This document shows, in pieces, positions 57,142 through 64,000 of a stretch of DNA of 64,000 bases (positions are counted from its first letter, which is position 1; the number at the start of each line of letters is the position of its first letter). The notes beneath the pieces are model-generated. The model was not told the origin of the DNA, made no database searches, and saw only the letters and a list, made by a program, of their open reading frames with translations. The DNA lies in assembly GCA_965207065.1 (NCBI GenBank), contig OZ242260.1, positions 3,392,001-3,456,000 on the forward strand, written 5' to 3'. This stretch comes from a bacterium (GTDB taxonomy: Bacteria > UBA8248). The position numbers were made by a program, and so were the translations under genes.

Positions 57142-58488
57142 TCAAAGAATCGAGAGATATTTGTTGAGTTCGAAATCCGAGACGTGGGCGCGGTAGGGCG
57201 CCCATTCGAGTTTTTTGTTCTCGATGAATTTCTCGAATAACTGGTTTCCGAATACGCTTCTCAGGAAATCGCTCTGCTCGGCCAGCACCGTGGCCTCCCG
57301 AAGGTTTCCGGGCAGGCTTTTGATGCCTTGCTCCCGACGTTTTTTCTCACTCATTTCAAATACGTTTTCTTCCACGGCCGGCACGGGCGGCAGACCCTCT
57401 TCGATTCCCGCCATTCCGGCCGCCAGCATGCAGGCGAACGCCAGATAGGGATTGCACGCCGAGTCCGGCGAGCGCAACTCGATTCGCGTATCGGATTCCA
57501 TGCCCTTGCGCGTACTGGGGATGCGGATCAGATCGCTGCGGCTCTTGTGCGCCCAAGAGACGTAGGCGGGCGCCTCGAAACCGGGGACGAGGCGCTTGTA
57601 GCTGTTCACCCACTGGTTGAGAACGAGCGTCATCTCGGGGACGTATTTCAGGAGCCCGGAGATGAACGCCTGGCAAGTGTCCGAGAGGCCGCCGGGCTTA
57701 TCCGGGTCGTGGAACGCGTTCTCCGAACCCTGGAACAGGGAGAGATGGGTGTGCATTCCGTTTCCGTTTTCCTCGGATAAAGGTTTGGGCATGAAAGTAG
57801 CGTAGACGCCGTGCCGCATGGCGACTTCCTTGACGACGAGCCGGTAGGTCATCGCGTTGTCCGCCATGGTGAGCGCATCACCGTAGCGCAAATCGATTTC
57901 GTGCTGGCTGGGCCCGACCTCATGGTGGCTGTATTCGACGCCGATTCCCATTTTTTCGAGATTGAGTACCGTCTCGCGTCTTAGATCACTTGCGATATCC
58001 AGGGGAGTGAGATCGAAATATCCGCCCCGGTCGAGCGTTTCAATCGGCTGTTCATGAGATTTGAAGTAGTAGTGCTCATACTCCACGCCCGCGTAAAACG
58101 TGAATCCCTTTTGCGCCGCACTCTGGAGGGTACGCCTGAGCACGAAACGCGGGTCGCTCTCATAGGGGTTGCCGTCCGGGTCCTTGATGTCGCAGAACAT
58201 TCTCGCGACGGCGCCGCCATCCTGTGGACGCCAGGGCAGCACGCAGAACGTCGTGGGGTCGGGGTGGGCGAACATGTCGCTCTCTTCGATGCGCGCGAAG
58301 CCCTCAATGGCGGCTCCATCGAAAAGATGGCCCTCGTAGAGCGCGTTTTCCAGTTCTTCGATGGTGATGGCGAAACTCTTCAGGAAGCCCAGGATGTCGG
58401 TGAACCACATGCGGATGAAGCGCACGCCGAGTTCGCGGGCTTGGTTGATTACGAATTCGCGATCTTTATCATCGAATGCGTCAGACAT
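57142..58488 (-). CDS. glnA: Glutamine synthetase type I
   Basis: FTDILG, HHEVGPSQHEI, ATFMPKP...NGNGMH, NSYKRLVPGFEAP, RIELR.PD...NPYL. Confidence 0.96.
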   Translation of the reverse strand: MSDAFDDKDREFVINQARELGVRFIRMWFTDILGFLKSFAITIEELENALYEGHLFDGAAIEGFARIEESDMFAHPDPTTFCVLPWRPQDGGAVARMFCDIKDPDGNPYESDPRFVLRRTLQSAAQKGFTFYAGVEYEHYYFKSHEQPIETLDRGGYFDLTPLDIASDLRRETVLNLEKMGIGVEYSHHEVGPSQHEIDLRYGDALTMADNAMTYRLVVKEVAMRHGVYATFMPKPLSEENGNGMHTHLSLFQGSENAFHDPDKPGGLSDTCQAFISGLLKYVPEMTLVLNQWVNSYKRLVPGFEAPAYVSWAHKSRSDLIRIPSTRKGMESDTRIELRSPDSACNPYLAFACMLAAGMAGIEEGLPPVPAVEENVFEMSEKKRREQGIKSLPGNLREATVLAEQSDFLRSVFGNQLFEKFIENKKLEWAPYRAHVSDFELNKYLSIL

Positions 58489-58535
58489 TATGAACTCCAG
58501 ATGAGCCGGTATTTCCCGGCAAAGCAATTCAGCCT

Positions 58536-58562
58536 ATATCCAGTATGTTTCGTGCCGGTTTC
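58536..58562 (-). promoter_or_regulatory. GlnR-box-like 11-bp-phased direct repeats upstream of glnA
   Basis: Minus strand GAAAC-CGGCAC-GAAAC-ATACTG-GATAT. Confidence 0.5.
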
Positions 58563-58608
58563 GAATCGCCGGTTATTATCGAAACGACAATGCGAAAAAA
58601 AACAGGCG

Positions 58609-59283
58609 TCACGACGATTCTCCAATAAACTTGTATCCGACCCCTCGCACCGTGGAAATAAACGAATATCCCCTGACCTCGATTTTCGCGCGGATACGGC
58701 GAATGTGAACGTCGACCGTCCGCGGGCCTCCGAGGTAGTCGATCCCCCAGACGAGGTTCAGAAGCTGCTCTCTGTCGAAGACGCGCTCGGGATTGTTGAT
58801 CAAGTGCTTTAATAGCTCGAATTCACGGTAGGTCAGGTCAATCAACTCGCCATCGAGCCTGATCTCGTAGCGGCTCTCATCCAGCGTCAAACCCTTGCTC
58901 TTGAGCGTGCGTGCACCTTCGGATTTTTGCCCCGAGCGATGGCACAGATTGCGGACGCGATACAGAAGCTCCTCTTCCCGGACGGGTTTCACAAGAATGT
59001 CGTCGGCCTCGGTGGGCGTGCGAATCACGGTGAGGCGGTCCGGTTCGAGTAGCAGGAGGATCGGCAGCGTGGTCCAGTTCCGCATTTCCTCGACTTTAGG
59101 CAGCGCAGGTGCGTCATCGAGCAAGATGAGGGCCAGGCCCCGGGCGCGCACTTCCTGTAAAGCCGTGGTTTCATCCTGCACCATTTTGCAGAAATGGCCC
59201 TCACGCCTCAGGGCGCGCCCGAGTGCGTCCGCGAATCCGTTGTCTGCCGTATAAATCAGTAGGTTAGCCAATTCCGATCTCAA
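58609..59283 (-). CDS. Orphan OmpR-family regulator with atypical receiver, GlnR-like
   Basis: wHTH DLTYREFELL..VWGIDYLGGPRTVDVHIRRIRAK; degenerate receiver; directly upstream of glnA; no kinase nearby. Confidence 0.8.
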   Translation of the reverse strand: MRSELANLLIYTADNGFADALGRALRREGHFCKMVQDETTALQEVRARGLALILLDDAPALPKVEEMRNWTTLPILLLLEPDRLTVIRTPTEADDILVKPVREEELLYRVRNLCHRSGQKSEGARTLKSKGLTLDESRYEIRLDGELIDLTYREFELLKHLINNPERVFDREQLLNLVWGIDYLGGPRTVDVHIRRIRAKIEVRGYSFISTVRGVGYKFIGESS

Positions 59284-59350
59284 TTCCCGGGTGATGAATC
59301 GATAAAAGCGTATTCATACCAACAGAAATGCGTAAAGAAAAGAAGTGGTT

Positions 59351-60616
59351 TTATATGCGCGTGATCTTGTTCGTCATGTCGATCAGGCTGTCAAGGTTGT
59401 GGGCCGCCAGAAATTCATCGCAATAGGGGAGGGCCGTTCTCATTCCCCTGTCGATCGGACGGTAGCCCGGGCTGCCCAGCAAGGGATTGAGCCAGAAGAG
59501 CTTATAGCAGATTTTCTTGAGGCGGTTCATTTCCTCCGCCAGCGTATCCGTATCGCCCCGGTCCCAGCCGTCCGATATGATGATGACGATGGTGCGGCTG
59601 TTCAGGATGGTTCTTCCGAATTCATAGTTGAAAGTCTTGAGACAGTTGCCAATCTGCGTGCCGCCGCTCCAGTCGTGCACCTCCATGGAGAGTCGTTTGA
59701 GAGCGGTGTTCACGTCCTTGTGGCGCAGATACGGCGTAGCGTCAGAAAGGCGCGTGCTGAAGACGAACGTGCGCAGCGACTTGATCTCGTTCTGCAAACT
59801 GTAGAGAAACTGAATCAGAAACTGGCTGTAGCTGTCCATCGACCCCGATACGTCGCAAATGAGTACGATCTGGGTTTTTTGTATCTTTCGTCTGCGTCGG
59901 AAAAGTTTCAGCACCTCGCCGCCCGAGCGGACGCTTCTCTTCACGCTTCGCCTCATGTCGATTTCGGGAGAGCGCATGTCTGGGCGCTTGCGGCGGCTGA
60001 TTTTAGTGGCGAGCTTGGGAACGAGTTTCGCAATGAGGCGCCTGAGTTCGGCTACCTGGTCCATGTTCAGCGCGGAGAAATCCTTGTCAGAAATGACTTC
60101 GGCGGGGCTGTATGAGGGTATGCCCTCGTCGTCATCTCCCTGCTCGCCGGGTTCGGCGGCGCTTTCCACGTCGTCTTCCGACGGGAGGCCCGGGTTTTCC
60201 TGCCCTTCGCCCTCGGCGTCCGATTCACCTTCTTCCGAAGAACCGCCCCCTTCGCTGGCCTGTCCTTCGCCTTCTTCTTCGAATTGCGTGTCGACCTGCA
60301 CCGATTCGTCGCCCGAGTAGGGATTTCCTTCCTCATCGAACCAGTATTGCCGGAATACGGCGTCGAATATCATACTCTCATCCTGACTGGAGATGAGATT
60401 CGACTTGCTGGCGACGTAGATGTTGTCGAGATTCGTGGCTTCGAGCGAATCGAAGCAGCGGAACACGTCGATGATGCGGCCGGAGGTTATCTTGAGACCC
60501 GCACGCCTGAGGATTCGGCAAAAGCCGATCATCTCGCCTTTGAGACCCCGGCCCTTTACGCGAATTTTGCGCTTGGGCAGAGTGCCTTGCACGATTGGAC
60601 GAATAGAGGTTGCCAT
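59351..60616 (-). CDS. coxE: CoxE-like VWA protein
   Basis: CDVSGSM..YS, FVFSTRL, WSGGTQIG, ISDGWD, WLNPL. Confidence 0.88.
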   Translation of the reverse strand: MATSIRPIVQGTLPKRKIRVKGRGLKGEMIGFCRILRRAGLKITSGRIIDVFRCFDSLEATNLDNIYVASKSNLISSQDESMIFDAVFRQYWFDEEGNPYSGDESVQVDTQFEEEGEGQASEGGGSSEEGESDAEGEGQENPGLPSEDDVESAAEPGEQGDDDEGIPSYSPAEVISDKDFSALNMDQVAELRRLIAKLVPKLATKISRRKRPDMRSPEIDMRRSVKRSVRSGGEVLKLFRRRRKIQKTQIVLICDVSGSMDSYSQFLIQFLYSLQNEIKSLRTFVFSTRLSDATPYLRHKDVNTALKRLSMEVHDWSGGTQIGNCLKTFNYEFGRTILNSRTIVIIISDGWDRGDTDTLAEEMNRLKKICYKLFWLNPLLGSPGYRPIDRGMRTALPYCDEFLAAHNLDSLIDMTNKITRI

Positions 60617-60629
60617 GAAGTTGTCCGGA

Positions 60630-61580
60630 TCAGGCGTCGGGCGCGAGTTGCGCAGTCGCTACCATGCTGTCGAGACCATCGCTCTCCACCCGCTTGATGT
60701 CATCCTGATATTTCAGTATGCAGCCGATGGTCTCCCGCACGGCGTCGGCGTCTAACTCATTGCGGTGCAGTGCGAGTAGCGCCTGCGCCCAGTCGAGGGA
60801 TTCGGCCACGCCGGGGCGTTTGTAGAAATCCATCTGCCTCGCCTGAGTCATGAAGCGCGAGATTTGCTCCGCCAGCCGATCGCTGATTCCGGGCACCTTC
60901 GTCGTGATGATCTCCACTTCTTTCTCGAAGGAGGGGTAGTCGACCCACAGGTACAGGCAACGGCGTTTGAGGGCATCGTGAATTTCGCGCGTCCGGTTGC
61001 TGGTGAGCACCACCAGTGGCTTGCTGGCCGCCTTTACGGTCCCCATTTCGGGAATCGTGATCTGGTAGTCTGAGAGGATTTCCAGCAGAAATGCTTCGAA
61101 CTCTTCGTCCGAGCGATCGATTTCGTCGATGAGGAGGACCACCGGCTTCTCTTTCGAGTGCAAAAGCGCGCGAAGAAGGGGCCGTTCTATCAGGTACTGC
61201 TCGCTGAAGATGTCTTTTTCAATCGACTTCGCGTCCGAATCCCTGCCTTCCTCCATCTTGATGTGGAGGAGTTGTTTCGCATAGTTCCACTCATAAAGAG
61301 CCGAGTTCGCGTCGAGACCCTCGTAGCATTGCAGGCGGATGAGTTCGGTATCCATCGCGCTGGCGAGCACCTTGGCGAGTTCTGTTTTGCCTACGCCTGC
61401 TTCTCCTTCGAGGAAGAGGGGCTTTTCGAGCTTCGTTGCCAGGAAGAGGGTGGTCGCCAGGGTACGGTCGGAGATATAGTCGAGTTTTCTGAACGACTCC
61501 TGAACGTCATCGACGTTCGCGAATCCCTCTTCAGAACCCTTTTTCTTTTTGGTCGAGTTTGATGAGGCAGTCACGCTCAT
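60630..61580 (-). CDS. coxD: CoxD-like MoxR AAA+ ATPase
   Basis: LEGEAGVGKT, RLQCYEGLD, LIDEIDR.DEEFEAFLLE, DALKRRC. Confidence 0.9.
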   Translation of the reverse strand: MSVTASSNSTKKKKGSEEGFANVDDVQESFRKLDYISDRTLATTLFLATKLEKPLFLEGEAGVGKTELAKVLASAMDTELIRLQCYEGLDANSALYEWNYAKQLLHIKMEEGRDSDAKSIEKDIFSEQYLIERPLLRALLHSKEKPVVLLIDEIDRSDEEFEAFLLEILSDYQITIPEMGTVKAASKPLVVLTSNRTREIHDALKRRCLYLWVDYPSFEKEVEIITTKVPGISDRLAEQISRFMTQARQMDFYKRPGVAESLDWAQALLALHRNELDADAVRETIGCILKYQDDIKRVESDGLDSMVATAQLAPDA

Positions 61581-62125
61581 TTACCTTTTCCTTTCTTCGA
61601 GGAAAGTTCTTCAGCCGAGGCCTCGATAGCGTCGATAATCTTCACGTAGCCGGTGCAGCGACAAAGATTACCCGCAATGCCGGCCTTGATTTCTTGTCGG
61701 CTGGGATTCGGGGTGTTGTCGAGCAACTCCTTCGCGGCAACTATCATTCCAGGCGTGCAGAAACCACACTGAATGGCGCCGTGCTCGATGAATTTTTCTT
61801 GAATGGGATGGAGGTTGTCCACCGTGCCGATGCCCTTGACGGTGGTGATCTCACGCCCTTCCGCCTGGACGCCGAGCGCGCAGCACGCGTTCATCGCCAG
61901 ACCATCCAGAAGAATCGTGCACGCGCCGCAATCGCCCGCCTCGCAGCCGTTTTTCACCTCGGTGAATCCCAAGTCGCGCAGCAGATACAGCAAAGTGGTG
62001 TGCGCGGGCGCTTCGGTGCTGACTTCCTGGCCGTTCACCGTGAACGAAATGGGCAGTTTCTTGGGCGGCACGTATGCGGGTGCGCTCGATTTTTTGGTTC
62101 GTTTCGATTTGCTCGCTGTAGCCAT
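61577..62125 (-). CDS. coxS: Molybdenum hydroxylase [2Fe-2S] small subunit (CoxS-like)
   Basis: GCEAGDCGAC, QCGFCTPG, GNLCRCTGY. Confidence 0.9.
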   Translation of the reverse strand: MATASKSKRTKKSSAPAYVPPKKLPISFTVNGQEVSTEAPAHTTLLYLLRDLGFTEVKNGCEAGDCGACTILLDGLAMNACCALGVQAEGREITTVKGIGTVDNLHPIQEKFIEHGAIQCGFCTPGMIVAAKELLDNTPNPSRQEIKAGIAGNLCRCTGYVKIIDAIEASAEELSSKKGKGK

Positions 62126-62170
62126 CTTCAGGTGTTCTCCAATGAAATTCTCAAGAGACGATGAAGTCTT

Positions 62171-63037
62171 CTATTCGTTGTCCTGTGAAATATCCAGCGC
62201 CTGGCAGATGAGACGACGCGGCAGAACCTCGCACATCAGCTTGCGGTATTCCGCCGATGCGCGAATGTCGTCGATTGGCGTCGCCACGGCGGCGCAGGCT
62301 TCCGCGGCTTTCTGGGCCAGTTCGAGATTCACCACGTTGCCTTCGAGAATTTTCTCGGCTTCATAGCAGCGTATCGGAGCCGCCGTCACGGAGCCCAGCG
62401 AAATACCCGCTTCTTCCACTTTCTTGCGCCTCACCTTCAACACGACCGCCACGCCCACCACGGTGATGGCCATGGCGTTCCTGCGAGCGAGTTTGTAATA
62501 ACCCCATTTGTGGTTTCTGCCGGGGGAGGGGAAGGTCACGGCGGTGATCAACTCATTGGACCGGATTGCCGTCTGGCGGTATCCGGTGAGGAATTTATCG
62601 AGGTCGACCGTCCGCCTTCCTTTTTCGCTGGCGAGTCTCACCTTCGCCTTCAGAGCGAGGAGGGGAGGAACGGCGTCGGCAGCGGGGCCGCCGTCGACGA
62701 TGTTGCCGGCCACCGTGGCGCGGTTGCGGATGATCGGGCCTGCGAATTTCTCCGACATCGCCGCCAGGATGGGCGCTTCCTTGAGGATGGTCTTGTTGGT
62801 CAACAAGTCCGTCATGGTCGCGAGGGCGCCCAGCTTAATCTGGCCCTTCGATGAGGAAATCCCCTGTAGCGCAGAGACTCTCATCAGGTCGATGACGACT
62901 TTCGCCGGGCCGTCGTGCTGGTGCCTGAGATCGGGCAGGAAATTGGTGCCTCCGGCGATGTACTTTGTGCTTCTGCCTTTTGCCGCTTTTAGGGTGGCCG
63001 ATATGGTCGTCGGCGCCACGAAGTCAAAACCACGCAT
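62171..63037 (-). CDS. coxM: Molybdenum hydroxylase FAD-binding subunit (CoxM-like)
   Basis: AGGTN, IRNRATVAGNI...PAAD, DIRASAEYR. Confidence 0.88.
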   Translation of the reverse strand: MRGFDFVAPTTISATLKAAKGRSTKYIAGGTNFLPDLRHQHDGPAKVVIDLMRVSALQGISSSKGQIKLGALATMTDLLTNKTILKEAPILAAMSEKFAGPIIRNRATVAGNIVDGGPAADAVPPLLALKAKVRLASEKGRRTVDLDKFLTGYRQTAIRSNELITAVTFPSPGRNHKWGYYKLARRNAMAITVVGVAVVLKVRRKKVEEAGISLGSVTAAPIRCYEAEKILEGNVVNLELAQKAAEACAAVATPIDDIRASAEYRKLMCEVLPRRLICQALDISQDNE

Positions 63038-63336
63038 AGACGGAAACTCTCCTCAAATCTACTGAAATAGAATCAACCAATGCCTGCAATGAAAACTGAA
63101 AACGAAGCCGAATCATAATCGACAGAAGGGGACAAGGAAAACGCTCAAAGCGACATCGCCGGCCTGCGTCCCCCGATGAACTGGCCGAACAAATCATTAT
63201 CACTCTCATACGGGCGAGCATACACTACCAACTGCCGCTCTTTCTCGTCAAGCGAAACAGCCCTTGCGGGTCAATTTGCGCAAAGCGTAAGATTCGCTGT
63301 AAAAGTAGCATTTTTCAACAGTTGAAGGTAGTCGGC

Positions 63337-64000
63337 ATGAACGAGGTGAGTGAAGTCGTGAAGAGCGCAAGCGCGAAACCCTTGCGCCTCGCCCTGGCGA
63401 ATCTGGGCTGCAAGCTCAACCACGCCGAGGGCGAAGCCATGAAGCACCTCTCCGCGGGGGCTGGTTTCGAGTTGGTTCCGTTCGGAGAGGAAGCGGACGT
63501 CTACGTGGTCAACAGTTGCACGGTCACGGCCGAAGCCGACCGCGAGGGCAGGCGACTGGCCCGAAAGGCGCGGCGGACGGGCGGCCCGGACGCCCGGGTC
63601 GTCATCGCGGGATGCTCCGCCCAGGCGAACGCGGAGAAAATGCTGATCCCGGAAGTCGACCTCCTGCTCGGAAACAGGGAAAAGCTAAAACTCCCCGATG
63701 AACTGGCGATACCGCTCCTTGGAGATGAGAAGCCCGAAATGCGGGTTTCTCCCATCGAGGAGAGCCTCGATATCGAGAGCGTCGTCCTGCCGCAGTTCGG
63801 CAGCCGGACGCGGGCGTACCTCAAGGTGCAGGACGGGTGCAACTTTTCCTGCACGTTTTGCGCGACCACCATCGCGCGCGGGGCAAGCCGTTCGCTGGAC
63901 GTGGAATCGTGCGCGTCGCATGCCGATACGCTCCTCTTTGGTGGTCATGAGGAACTTGTGCTCACCGGAATTCACCTCGGCGCATACGGCAGGGACATCA
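63337..64000 (+). CDS. mtaB: tRNA methylthiotransferase MtaB (runs off the window end; not in the ORF track)
   Basis: Manual translation: LGCKLN, VVNSCTVT, GC.AQ, RTRAYLKVQDGCNFSCTFC....RG..RS, LTGIHLG.YG. Confidence 0.9.
   Translation, partial: MNEVSEVVKSASAKPLRLALANLGCKLNHAEGEAMKHLSAGAGFELVPFGEEADVYVVNSCTVTAEADREGRRLARKARRTGGPDARVVIAGCSAQANAEKMLIPEVDLLLGNREKLKLPDELAIPLLGDEKPEMRVSPIEESLDIESVVLPQFGSRTRAYLKVQDGCNFSCTFCATTIARGASRSLDVESCASHADTLLFGGHEELVLTGIHLGAYGRDI

Noticed and set aside
40-63975. Many long antisense or alternate-frame ORFs (e.g. 1891-2943, 9372-10538, 29355-30527, 55617-56876)
   Set aside because: They are shadow ORFs expected in GC-rich DNA, overlap well-supported genes and have no family motifs.

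Overview
This 64 kb window is GC-rich, densely coding bacterial chromosome; I found no rRNA, tRNA, CRISPR array or intact transposase. In order it holds: (1) the end of a Bat-like MoxR operon (coiled-coil protein, TPR zinc peptidase, MoxR, DUF58, BatA/VWA); (2) a long co-oriented catabolic cluster of unknown substrate (PEP-hydrolase-like TIM barrel, Tm-1-like, atypical SdhA/NadB-type flavoprotein, beta-hydroxyacid dehydrogenase, UbiX, GatC/AtzG-like peptide, split FdrA, amidase, VOC, TAXI-TRAP); (3) SDR, LLM and cupin genes plus an ABC importer preceded by a rhodanese whose catalytic codon is an in-frame UGA followed by a SECIS-like hairpin (probable selenoprotein); (4) molybdenum hydroxylase large and FAD subunits and a DcaP porin; (5) housekeeping genes (acyltransferase, ClC, class II phosphodiesterase, pyrK/pyrD, ccsA-hemACDB); (6) a lower-GC insert with a small-protein/ADP-ribosyltransferase-like gene pair, nested REP/MITE-like repeats and a relic of a second homologue; (7) acyl-CoA metabolism genes, tandem EamA, meaB, cutA, glnA with a GlnR-like regulator, coxM-S-D-E without coxL, and the 5' part of mtaB. 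GlnR-box-like motifs lie upstream of glnA, the porin and the ABC importer. All calls come from motif recognition by eye; no searches were run.
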